In this document: positions 1 to 11,782 of the stretch, piece after piece
Numbering within the stretch: position 1 is the first letter of the stretch
Layout of the letters: each line of letters starts with the position of its first letter
Assembly: GCA_045837725.1 (NCBI GenBank)
Contig: JBEWZL010000217.1
Location: 1-64,000, forward strand
Length of the DNA: 64,000 nucleotides
Source: Vermamoeba vermiformis
Taxonomy: Eukaryota
Direction of reading: 5' to 3'
Position numbers and translations under genes: made by a program
Notes under the pieces: generated by a model
Databases searched by the model: none
What the model was told of the DNA's origin: nothing
Seen by the model: only the letters and a program-made list of their open reading frames with translations

Positions 1-1061
1 GCAAAGAAGTCGCCGCGGTCCACAGTCCAAAAGCAACTCCGGTGCTTGTTTTTGCTCTCGGGCTGGCTGTTGGAACATTCACGGGAGCTTGTACTGGAGC
101 TTGTACAGCGGCACAACCATCTTGACCGTATCCAGGACCAGTATAGCCAGTGTTACACGCACAAGAGATGAAAGGTTCGGAATCGAGATCTGTACAAGTT
201 GCATGGACGTTGCACACTACTGCTCCTGAAGTAGGGCAAGTAACTTGAGTGCATCCAAGAGTAGCATTGCCTTCATAATACTGCATACAAGAGCATTGGG
301 GCGTTCCGTTAATGTTGGTGCAGTTCGTGTTCGCACCACATGCTCCATCCGCGCATTGACCTGAAACCAGCATTACACTGTTAGAATACGGAAGCGGTTA
401 ACGTTATTTAACGCATACCCATGCATTGTCCATCAACGTAATCAAATCCTGCAGGACATCTGGCAAATGACAGCAGATCGGCGGTTGCGTAACTATCTTG
501 AATCACAATCTTCTTGATATTGCGGGTGGTTGAGTTGAAGCCGCGATAAGAATAGGCGTTGTCGTTTGATTGGGTGACGGCAGGGAATATGTTACAATTT
601 AGTTCTTGATCAGATTCGTCATAAATAAAAAGTCCGGCATCTGCTCCTTCATCCGACGCCACTCGCACTGAAAACTGACTGACAGCCTCGGAGAATATAA
701 TCTCACAATATACATCGGAAGTGCTATCTAATCCCAAAAAATAACCAGGATCTCCGGTGCCTTCCGGATACCAAGGAGATCCACTGGACCAACTGTGGCT
801 GCCCAATCCGAAACTATTCCACACGTTGCAATTAGCCGAACCTTGTAGAGTAAGATATATTGGACCTGCTGTTACGTTGATTGATATTCTGCCATCCCAA
901 GGCGTCGGAACAGCGTCGAAATCAAAAGTAAATTCTGGATTTGCCAATTCAGCATTAATTAGCGTTGGAGTATCTTGGGCAGTGCAGTTTGGCGATCCGT
1001 ACGCGTGATGTACTGCAACGGCGAACAAAATAGCGACCAACCAAAGATATAAAATTCTCAT
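1..1061 (-). CDS. Secreted/cell-surface protein: N-terminal uncharacterised domain plus EGF-like repeats (copy 1; 3' end runs off the window)
   Basis: Signal peptide MRILYLWLVAILFAVAVHHAYG; GT-AG intron 361-418; the second exon encodes Cys-rich EGF-like units; near-colinear with 3362-4460. Confidence 0.85.
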
Positions 1062-1585
1062 TGGAGCTATGTGTTAGTGCTGTTGAAAACGTTAAAAAAA
1101 ATTGTGCGCTCAGAAACAAAAAAAATAACTATATCTCGGTACAATCTCCCCTGCTGAAATGTTTCTGAGGCTGTAAAACCTCGCCTCAAATACTGCAAAT
1201 CTCGAGATGAATTAATTGTAGACCGTCATCTACGGCGTAAGGCGAGAATTAGAATCCTAACGTCGTGGAAGATCCAACCGTTATCTTTTTGCTTCGGTTA
1301 AATTCCGGTCATTACGTTCAGAACTGTCTTCTATAAATATCTACGTTTCAATGAATCAAATAAATGTCTTTTGTTTTGGAGCTTTCATGAAATGCATCCG
1401 CCGACCATTAATTTTACTTTATTCTAAACTCTTTACTCTCGATTTATCGAACCATACACAACTTAAAATTTAATAATTTTAGTCAAAATTAAATTCCCGC
1501 ATTGAAACGTTAGTGACAAATTATGCTAAATTTAGGGCTAAATTTAGTTTCCGTTATTAAATTTTAACTTCGCACAAGTACCACA

Positions 1586-2227
1586 ATGCCGTTCTGCTCG
1601 AATTGTGGCTCTCAGCTTGCTGGACTTTTTTGTACTGAATGTGGTACAAAATCGGCCGATAATGGTGCAGTACCTATCACTCCCACTGCAAAAAAACCAA
1701 AAGTGAGTACTCCACGAGCTCCTCAGCGCTGCACAATATGTCATGAGATCAAGGTTAAGCACAAGTGCTCTCAGGTGAAGTGCGAAGACGCATCCAAGTG
1801 TGGTTCGCCAGCTCACCATTCTGAAATCACCCTGAAGAGCCAACCAAACAAAAAGCGAAAAATTAGTGAATTAAGCCCAGACGAGGCAGCAGTAACAGCA
1901 TCGCAAAACAGTCTAAAACGACTTGAGCAGATCGAGGAGGCAACAGAGTTCATCAAAAGTTTTCAACAGTGGGTCGCCACAAAACATCCTTGGTTCTCTG
2001 ATAAGGAAGGTATTGATGGAGCATATCGCCTGGGATATGCAGTTCACAGAGTGGTTCAACTAGTCGCAAAAGCTTGTGATTCGCGCAGATCGGTTTCGGT
2101 GGAAGACTTACGCCTTCCATCTCCCGCTCCAATTGCAGACCACGCACTCTTAGAGAGCATTAAAAAGAACAATGACAAGGTGGAAACACCACAGGCGATT
2201 GAATCTAACACCAATGAGAAGAAATAA
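1586..2227 (+). CDS. Transposon cargo protein, 213 aa, N-terminal zinc ribbon plus second Cys/His cluster
   Basis: CSNCG...CTECG zinc ribbon; CTICH..HKC..C....C....HH cluster; basic NKKRK patch; lies between the TIRs. Confidence 0.8.
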   Translation: MPFCSNCGSQLAGLFCTECGTKSADNGAVPITPTAKKPKVSTPRAPQRCTICHEIKVKHKCSQVKCEDASKCGSPAHHSEITLKSQPNKKRKISELSPDEAAVTASQNSLKRLEQIEEATEFIKSFQQWVATKHPWFSDKEGIDGAYRLGYAVHRVVQLVAKACDSRRSVSVEDLRLPSPAPIADHALLESIKKNNDKVETPQAIESNTNEKK

Positions 2228-2229
2228 AT

Positions 2230-3221
2230 TTATTTTGCTAAATTAAAATCTGATCCGAGTTCAATGTAGCCACATTTCTCTGCCCATGCCTTAATGTGTT
2301 TGGACTGAATATTTCGCATTATATTCGATAGATCTGCAACCACGTCTTCATCGTGAACTGTGCCTCGGCGCTAGAATTTAAAATTTAATTTTGTGATTGT
2401 GCGGGAGATTAAATTAGCCGTTGTACCTGTAGCTTCTTCTTAATATAGGCATACGATATCTCAATTGGATTGAGGTCGGGACTATAGGGTGGTAAAAATA
2501 GAAATTTGTTTCCCGAGAGCTGCACAATTGCTTCTAACGCTGGATCTTTGTGGATCGAGGCATTGTCTATAATCAGCACTGAGCCTTCTGGTATAAATGG
2601 AAGTACCTTCTCTGTGATAAAAATACTAAAATCAATAGTCGCTGCACTTTGCGTAATTGTGTGGAAACTCACGAACCCGGATGTACTTATCGCTGAGAGC
2701 ATGGTAAACGAAGTGTTTTTTACATACTTGCTAGGCTTAGTAGGTCGTACACCACGTCGGGCTCGTCCGAATCGGCGCCTACAGGTCTTAAAGTCCACAC
2801 CGGTCTCATCAATGAAATAAAGAGACGAGATCGGGACAGAACTTACTTGTCCTAAATATCTTGCTCTCAGCTCTAGTGCCATTGGGGTAAATCGCTCCAT
2901 TGCAGGGTAGGACGCGACCTTTCTAGTAATATTGATGGTGTTCATAATTTTCCAAACGGTGGATGTACCTAAAAAAACGAATCTGCGAAGAAGAAGCTCA
3001 TCGCGAATCTCATCAAGGTATAAATTAGGACTTTCTCTTACTATTTTCTCAATTTCACCAATATCTTGGGCAGTGTAAATCGTTGTGCGTTTCTTTCGAG
3101 GCACGTTGAAAATGATCTTCTTCGCAGTTCGCCAATTAATGCGGAAGTGATTAGCAGTACTGTTAATACTGCCCACTTCACGATAAAATCGCCGTACACT
3201 CTCGTGTAGTACTGAGTTCAT
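2230..3221 (-). CDS. IS630/Tc1-family DDE transposase (2 exons: 3221-2427, 2370-2230)
   Basis: Motifs FIDETG, IIDNASIH, LPPYSPDLNPIE (34 residues between second D and E); HTH-like N-terminus; splicing 2371-2426 restores a typical C-terminus ...IKAWAEKCGY. Confidence 0.92.
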
Positions 3222-3361
3222 TTTAAAAACGGTAATTAATCTCGGCGCGAAGATTTTAACTTAAATTTAATTTGACAACCCTAAATTTTAGACTAAATTT
3301 AATATTTTTGTACGTTTCCGTAAATCGAGAGTAATAGTCAATGTTCTCTTTCGATTGTAAA

Positions 3362-4460
3362 TTAGAAAATTGAAGCAATCGCAATAATCAGCGAAGTCGC
3401 CGCGGTCCACAATCCAAAAGCAGATCCAGAGCTTGTTTTTGCTCTCGGGCTGGCTGCGATGGGACCAGAGGATGGAGTCGTTACAGCGGTACAACCATCT
3501 TGACCGTATCCAGGACCAGTATAGCCGCTATTGCACGCACAAGTGATGAAAGGCTCGGAGTTGATATCCGAACAAGTTGCATGGACGTTGCACACTGTGG
3601 CTCCTGAAGTAGCACAAGTAGCCGGAGCGCATCCGAGAGTAGCATTGCCCACGTAGTGTGCCACACAAGTGCATTGAGGAGTTCCGTCAATATTAGTGCA
3701 GTTCGTGTTCGCACCACATGCTCCATCCGCGCATTGACCTGAAACATGCATGAACATCAGATATGAGCTTCGAACGTCGATTGAGTGGAGTAATAATGAG
3801 TGATGCCTACGTACCAATACATTTTCCATCACTCCAATCCAATCCTGCAGGACATCTGACAAATGACAGCAGATCGGCGGTTGCGAAACTGTCTTTAATC
3901 ACAATCTTCTTAATACTGCGTGTGGTTGAGTTGAAACCACGAACAGAGTATGCATTGGTGGTCGCTCCGGCGAAAGGGAATAAGTTGCAATTTAGTTCTT
4001 GATCAGATTCGTCATAAATAAAAAGTCCGGCTTCTTGGGCCTGATCCGACGCCACCCGCATTGAAAACTGACTGACAGCCTCGGAAAATACGATTTCGCA
4101 GTAGGTGTCGACATCGCTGTTTAATCCTAAGAAGTATCCAGGGGTAGTGCTGTTGACATCCAACGGATACCAAGGACTGCCACCGGTCCATTGGCCACTG
4201 CCCAATCCGAAGCTATTCCACACGCCGCAATTGTCCGAGCCTCGTAGAGTAACAACTAATGGACCAGCTGATACGTTGAGAGCAACTGTGCCGTTCCAAT
4301 CTACTACTAGTGTCGGCACGACGTCGAAATCAAAAGTAAATTCCGGATTTACTAATTCAGCATCTGTCATCGTTGGATTCGCTTGAGCAGTGCAGTTTGC
4401 CGCTCCATGTGCCTGGTGTGCAATAGCAGCCAGCAATAAAGCAAAGCAAAAAGTCTTCAT
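3362..4460 (-). CDS. Secreted EGF-like cell-surface protein (copy 2), probable GPI or C-terminal anchor
   Basis: Signal peptide MKTFCFALLLAAIAHQAHG; intron 3739-3814; EGF-like Cys repeats; hydrophobic C-terminus LWTAATSLIIAIASIF. Confidence 0.88.
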
Positions 4461-4819
4461 TAGAGCTTTGTGGTTGTGGGTGTTTACGTTGGTAAAAACT
4501 AAAAAGAAAAGATTCGATTTAAAGCAATTTTGGGCCAACGTCCGACAAAAAACGAGCTTCATCGGGCAGCAGCATGACCTAACATGACAATCAGTTTCAA
4601 ATCAGATAATATAATAGTGATTGAATTTGAAACTTCAATGGCCGTTAAACATTGATTAAAAATAGGATCCACAATCTTGTTTGAAACCCCAAAACTGAAA
4701 TTATATCCCAACAATGAAATTAATTCGTGTCAATACTATTTCGCATAGAGCTCGTATTGAAACGAAACTCTTGTGTTAATCATTGTCTATTTTGAATCAA
4801 AAAATTGAATTCCAATTCA

Positions 4820-5830
4820 TTATTTATTCTTGTTCGGGTACTTCTCTTTTCTCCTTTGGCTCTGCTTCGGATTATCTTTGGTCCATGTGTAATCAAACAC
4901 AACACCGTCTTCGATCATCCGCTTCAAATAAAGTTCGATTAATTATACGGCTTCAACCGACCAAAATTTAATCCGTTACATACCACCGCTATACGAGTAA
5001 TATTTCTACAATCATCAATCCCCGAATGATGATGTCCTATTAGTTCCATATTCAGCTTTTTAAGCATTCCTGCCATCCCTTAAAAAAGGTCAGCGAATCC
5101 AATAACATTATTTCGTTACGAACCTGTTATTTTGCTCTTATAATGCACGTTAAAAACGTCTTTGATATTAATCCAGCTCTTAAAGTAGTCAGGGTAAGTC
5201 TGCACGCCGCTCGATAAACATTGGGTCGGCAGCATCGTTTTGAGATCCCAATCCCCGCATGTAACGTAACAAAATGTCTTCGTAGTATCCTTAGTTATAT
5301 TCTCATATAACCATTGTTGATATTTCTCGAAGACTTCTGGGAATAACGGCGCTTTATCGACCCAATCTTGTTGGATGCCGGTGATCTCGATGCAGATGTG
5401 GTTCATCGGAACATTAATAACTGGCCTAACAAAGCTTTGAAACTGAGATTCGACCTGCATTAATAATTCGGTTAAAGAAAGCATGACACGCAAGTTGATA
5501 AATTGTTAAGAATTCTCGATCTGCGCGAGATTTTTTTTCTTGGGCTTACCTTCAATGTTTTTGTGTTTAATATTACAGATGGAAATTCTATAACCTCCCA
5601 ATTTTTTCGTTGCATATCGCAGACAGCCTCTAAACAAATGCAGAATTAAATTAAGTACCGTGCATTTGAGATTAGAAAATATAATTAATATAAATATTGG
5701 TGTTATCGTAGCAACGTACCGTAATCTAAAATCACGAGATAATCAAATTTCTGTTGCAGATCTTGCGCTGAACTATTGCTACTGTTATTCCTCTCCATAT
5801 CTGTCCTGTTGTTCTTGTTCTGTTGTTGTA
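4820..5830 (-). CDS. ERI1/ERI3-family DEDDh 3'-5' exoribonuclease (multi-exon; start uncertain)
   Basis: Spliced motifs YLVILDYEAVC, IEFPSV, FVRPV, TCGDWDL, WINIK, GMAGML, HHSGIDDCRNI. Confidence 0.9.
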
Positions 5831-6079
5831 TCACTTGCTGTGAATAATTAAACTGATAACAGAACCATGCCTTGCTATTTGTATCTAAAATTGAACTGGG
5901 GTTTCGGGGTTTTCACCTCGTTTTGCGTAAAATAATAGAAACGTGTCTTAATTTAAATTAATTTTAATTGAATCCGATAGAATACACATAACCGTATTAT
6001 ACATATTGCTATCGCTCGAGAAAGAAATCATTTCAATGTTAAGGTTTGAAAAATCAGATTCGAATCCGTTTTGTAACGA

Positions 6080-9000
6080 CTACTTATCCGCTTGCAAAAT
6101 GTTGAGAGTCATTTGCGCGATCAAAGGCACTTGCTCGTTCTCAATAGACAACGTCAATGACTGCAAGGCATCAATAGCATTCGCTTGTCTGAAGTTTTCT
6201 TTTCGACGAGAGGATTTGCTCGCCAACAACCCGATCAACTCAGCAGACTTGGCTTGGAGCAGTGCTGAAGAGCTCGTCAAATATGCTACCAAGATCGGTA
6301 CTAAATGCAAGGAGAATACGGAATCTTGGTTTTGACCTAATAATCGATCAGATCCGAATCTATTTTAACGCCTCAGTTATTCGAACTTACTGTTTTCTCT
6401 GCATGCTTCAGACAACGCCTCCAGAACAAAAGCGACAACTTTGTTATTGTTCTTAAAGATATCGACCATGGCTAGTAACTTCGACAAGATCTCTTCCTTA
6501 CGCAAAGCACGTTGTAGTTTGTCTGAAAGTACTTATATGAGCACATTATACTTCAATATGGAACTTATTATATGCTTACCATTGCCAGCAACGAGAGCAG
6601 AAATGAAACCAGTCACAGATTGCAACAATTTGTTCTGATCTTCCTTGTTTTTGTTGCTCGTGTTCGCGCTCAATATTTTATTGATTCTATCGAGCACGTC
6701 GTACTTCTTGACCAAGTCCTCTTGCATGTTCTCTGAATACATTATAAATATAGCTTAAATGTTAACAAGTCGTTCATACCGTTGCCGCTAATAATGTGTT
6801 GCAAGGCCTGATAGACTTCAATTTGAATGACAGCGTCATCACTCGCAAGAAGTTTAGCAATCATTGGGAATGCTTGAGACTTGCACACTTGCTCTTGAAG
6901 AGGCTCTATAATATAATGGTATTGTCAGTATTTGTTCAGCGAGGAGGATCTAGATCAGCGTACTGTTGTTAGCGCAGAGAGATCCGAGCGCTACGGCAAA
7001 AGCAGAGATGAGCTGAGGATTGGTCTTCTCAGCACTTGCTTGCTCTTCTAACAAGTGTAACAACTTCTCGTGCACGTCATTGGCGATGAACAGTTGCTGG
7101 ATCTCGCCTGTTTCACGTCAGTTCTGAGCTTACAAAAGTATATTATAGAACTCACTGTGCTTAGTAACAAGGTTAGCGATGAGACGAAGAACTGAAATGG
7201 TCAATGGCTCTTCGTTGTTATTAATCGCGTGATCAAAGTGGGCAGCAATAGCGGTCACAACAGCCTCATCGGCAAACGGCTCACGGAACTTGAGATTGAA
7301 GGCTTCAAATTCTTTTGTAATAAAAGGTTGTTATGGTTTGCCTACTCTAATATTAACAATCATATCGATAATATCTGTGTTACCTATCGCCATCAAGTTT
7401 CTCGTGATCGCTTCGACCAATGCGTGCACAGTGTCAGAGCTAGCAGTAGCAACGTCTTGCGCGGACTTTTGCAAGTCTTTTTCAACGTCTTCGGGAGCAC
7501 GAGGCGTGCGTCGTTCACCGTACGGCAATCGTTGGAGATTATTCACACCTAACATTGGAACTCTTTCTCTTGGCGATCGTGGCGATTCCTATGAAGTTAC
7601 AAAGGGCGTGGCTAAGACAATATTAGACTAATCAGAATTTCGTTAACTCGCTTACGGCTTTCGGAGTTCCCTCAGCAGGTCGTTTAGGGAAAACCATCGA
7701 TTGAGGACGATCGCCTTCCTCGTTGTTATTGTTCACAGGCTGCTTGGGAGGACCAGAGAGTCTTTGCAAAGATTGAGGACCACCTTTAAGCGCGCCTTCT
7801 TTCGGGGCTCCTTCTTTAGGAATGCCTTTGGGCATGCCTTCCTTTGGTGGGCCGAACTTCTTGGGGGCGCCACCGGGACCGCCCTCTTTCGGCGAGGCAG
7901 GGACCATCATCTTCTTAGGAGCTGGCGCCTGGCTAGGATCACCTCCTTCAACCTTCGGAGGAGCACCTGCTTTTGGTGGGCCACCAGGACCAGTCTTCAA
8001 AGGAGCCTTAGCCACGGGCTTAGGATTCGCACCAGGAGGCACCGGCAGCTTGATCGAAGATGGATCTGCGCCTTCTTTGGGCTGAGGAGGACTCATCTTC
8101 TTGACGCCAACAGGCACTTTACCAGATTTGGCAAGTCCCTTAGGCTGTCCCTCAGGTGCCTTCTTGGGTGCACCTTCAATAGACTTGGGACCCTCAGCTG
8201 ACTTCGGACTGTCACGAGGCGATTGTTCAACTGAGCTTCGGCTCTGTTCATCAGAGGACACGCTGGTTCTCGGTGCGTCAGACTGTGGTGGCGACTCGAC
8301 ACGAGGTGAAGGAACTTGATCAGGGCGAGGCGAAGGGTTATCAGAACGAGGCGAAGCAATTGTAACTCTGGGAGAAAGCTCGACTGACTTGCGCTCAATA
8401 GAAGAAGGTTGCGAGCTCTCAGTCGCTTCGACACTGGCGCGAGGGGATTTGGCGGGCAAAAAGATTCGCGGTGAAGGCTGAGGTTGTTGAGGCTCTGGTT
8501 GTGGCTCAGGTGGTGGCTGTTGTTCCACTGACTTCGGCTCTTCAACAACAGGCAATGGAATTGGAGGTGGCAAGCTGGTAGGAGGAGTTTCGCTTGTCGG
8601 AGGCAAGATAGGAGCAACGTCAGGAGGTGGTATGTCCATTGGTGGAGGTAGAGTAACAGGGTCAATAGGAGGAGGCAACAATACAGGAGTAGGAGGCGGC
8701 AGAGTGGTTGGTGGTGGCGGATCTTGACTAGGTTGAGGTGGCGCGGGAGTGGATTCGGGCGCAACTGGAACGCTAGTAGGCGGTGGAGGTGGCAAATTGG
8801 AAGGAGGAGCCTCGCCCTTAGAGGTCCTGGACTTGCTCTTCTTCTCTTTGCTCTTCTTGTCCTTATCTTTTGCGCCATCCTTTTTCGTTCTCTTCGATTT
8901 GCGTTTGTCTGCCCAAGTTAGCGCCATTTAGTAAAAGTTAGCTAGACTTACCAACGCTCGGGGTCTTATCATCTCCTTTACGTGGTGACAAGGGTTCTTC

Positions 9001-10751
9001 CTCGGCAGGGAGTTCTACATGCAATTAGTATCGCGCCATCCGATCAGCTCGATTTCCTTACCATTTCCGCTGAGCAAATCGAGGGCAGCCTGAGCTTCAC
9101 GAATTATTTCTTTGACAGCAACGTAATCAGCGTCATCAGACTCGCCACTAGGAGCCAATGCAGAGTAACGTTCGATCATCAATTGCAAAACATTAGTGAT
9201 GTTATCAATATGGTTAGCATTGGCTTTGCTATCAGCTTTATCAATGACTTTGGCACGCAAACCAGCTAAAAAGTGATGATATTAGCAAGATGAAAGCAAA
9301 AAAGGGCAAAAAATTTTGTCGACACCGGCAGGATTCGAACCTGCGCGGGCAGAGCCCAGAGGATTTCTAGTCCGCCGCCTTAACCACTCGGCCACGGTGT
9401 CTTGTTGTTCGCGGTCTTCGCCTTTTTTGGTACCCGTGCCTTAACAACGAGAAATTGACTTACCGTTGCTCATCAAGTTGCGATAGGCCATGGCTACGGG
9501 CAACATAAGGAAGGATCCATCGTTCTCGCTATCTGAACAAGATTGTTAGATCCTTTGCATAACTAGTTAACGTCGTACCTCCGTCAGGCATGTTTTCATT
9601 AGCAGCGCCGTTTGCCCAATCAAACACGGAGAGTTGGTCGATGATAGCATCCACATTGCTTCCAGGTTCGTCTGCAGACATATTAGCGCTTATAACTTCT
9701 AGCAACAATGCTTACAATAAGGAAGCAAGTTGGCAATGGCAATTGACGTGCGTCTTTGTGCTGACATGAAATCGTTGTAGCCCGTGCCATCATCCTCGTT
9801 GATCATCGTGTTCAAGCGTTCGTAGGCCTTGATCAAGTGCTTGACAGCGCCCTTCGAAGCAACAAGCTTCTTGGCAGTATCATCTCCTATAACAGCATTA
9901 ATGTTAGCCTCCGCAGAATCTTCAGAGATTGCTACGTACTGCTCAAAGAAATGTTCTGCAACAAGGTTGAAGCCTCCATCAACAATGCGTTCTCACTATT
10001 CGCGACGAACGATACAACAGTGGCAGGAGTTGCAGCTTCAACCAGCTCTTTTGCTCCACCTTAAAGAACGAAATTAAATTTTGAATTTTTGGATGCGGGA
10101 AATCATACCGGCAATTGCGATATTAGCAAAGGCATTGATGAGCTCTTGTTTGAGCTCGGAGTTCTGAGAGAGGTCTTGTGCAGCGCCAGATCGTCTATTG
10201 TCCTCTTGAGGGACGCAGTTCACGAGAGCCTTCAGTACATCCGCGTTCTTCCAAACTTGCTCGGCCAGTTTGTCTGAGCTATGTTAGCCAATAAAAAATC
10301 GATAGTATATTACTTGCCATTAAGCGCCAAGGTACCGACGAGAGCAATAGAGCCGAGCTGGTTGACCTTGAACAAAGGCAATATTGCATCCCATCCCACG
10401 CTTTCGATCAAATTCGTATCTAATGTTAGATAAATTAATTAAATTTACAACAAATACTAAATAGCTGGAGGATACTGCTAATACTGCAGGCGAATATTTG
10501 ATTTTCTAAAATTATCAGATCTCGTTCTTACTGAAATTAGCGGCCAAAGAAAACAATAACCATGCAGATTGTGTTTGCACCAATTTATCGTTGAAGGAAA
10601 CCAATTTTTTCAAGGCAGGCAACGCATCCTTGCCAACGGTAATATTTCCTTCGTCATCTTGGTTCAGACTGTCTGCAATTTCTTTAGTCAACGCCTTGAC
10701 TTGATCGTTCTTGAATTTTGCGATATAATTAAGATGTTCTAATGTGGCCAT
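6080..10751 (-). CDS. Large multi-exon armadillo/HEAT-like helical protein with a central Pro/Ser/Lys-rich disordered region
   Basis: Chain of minus-strand exons with GT-AG introns; ARM-like helices (ALPALKKLV..AWLLFSLAAN, LVPILVAYL..AELIGLLA); about 430-aa Pro-rich exon near 7640-8930. Confidence 0.7.
9320..9401 (-). tRNA. tRNA-Ser (anticodon AGA), intronic
   Basis: GACACCG TGGCCGAGTGGTTAAGGC GCGGA CTAGAAA TCCTC, long variable arm, GCAGGTTCGAATCCTGC CGGTGTC G; followed by a T-run terminator. Confidence 0.95.
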
Positions 10752-11782
10752 GATACGAGAGCAAAAATACAATACGAAATTATTTAACCCAGTGCACGCT
10801 TAGAAAGTTGGCTCACACGGCGTTAGGCCGAACAGCCTTTATTGTGACTGAATAAGTATATTTTCTAGCGCATAGGCGAGTAGTATTTATTGGATATTTT
10901 ATGGATTATGGATCTCTATCCTTCTTCGAGATCGACCTCGATTATTGTGCAGGGCTCGATTCCCTGGTTCTTTCTAGATATTCTTCATATAGTTCTATCT
11001 TGTCACGATAGTAAACAAACTCTTAGTCTGCATGGCCGAAGGGTTAAATTCCGGTAAGGAGTTTAAGGAACGGGGCTGATCAACCGGTGCTGCAGCGAAT
11101 CAGTTTGTACAGTATTCTGTTGCTTTTCCCTCGTGTCTAATCTACATCTGAAGTTAATATGAGGCTATAAAAAGGTAAAAAGAGAATATCTGAGTGAGAT
11201 CGAGTGAATAAAAAAGATATCGGGAACCGAGACGCTAACTTAGGCGTATTGAGTTAACACCCTTGTCACCTGAGGCCCCTTGAGTATAAATTCATCATAC
11301 TAAACTGAAAATCACAATAATTGGAAACAAATAAGTCCGTCCTTTTGGATGCGAAATTGTTGATGGGATAAAAAGAATGCAAAACCTCACCAAAAAAAAG
11401 TTTCTAACGTACGATTAATTCACAATAATTATTATTGTTTACTGTCGGGGTTGGTAGTGATTTTGCTCGCTCGTTTCAGATGGAGAGATGCCAGGTCTAT
11501 CGGAACAGATGCGCTGCTCCAGACATGCTTTGCAAGTGTATAAGGACACACGAACAGTCGTTCAAAAGTGCAACATTATCTGCTTCTTTGTGGCTGGTGT
11601 TGAAGTAATCAAACGAATAAAAAAATGCATAGAGATTTTCCTCTTTGTATTCAAACGGGCCCGCTCCTTTTTGTACAAAAAAGAAAAATAGGCAAGAAGT
11701 AATAAAGTCACATAATTATGGTAATCCTGGTTTGTTTGAAAAAAAGTTGTCAGAGCCGGGTCAGTTTATTTAGTTAGCAACG

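Larger units (their letters stand above)
1436..3331. mobile_element. IS630/Tc1-mariner DNA transposon (DD34E), 1896 bp, two ORFs
   Basis: Terminal inverted repeat CTCTCGATTTA (1436-1446) / TAAATCGAGAG (3321-3331) with imperfect extension; TA on both sides (1434-1435, 3332-3333); subterminal CTAAATTT(T)AG repeats; encloses a transposase. Confidence 0.9.

Noticed and set aside
1586-2227. Cargo ORF as a Fanzor/TnpB nuclease
   Set aside because: Only 213 aa, no RuvC D-E-D motifs visible, and the zinc ribbon is N-terminal.
7701-8931. Overlapping alternative-frame and antisense ORFs in the Pro-rich exon
   Set aside because: Shadows of GC-rich low-complexity coding sequence.
10800-11700. Possible LTR (TGTCACG start), B-box-like GGCTCGATTCC, or RNase MRP/snRNA in the intergenic region
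   Set aside because: No matching LTR end or target duplication, no cloverleaf and no complete conserved RNA motifs; left unannotated.
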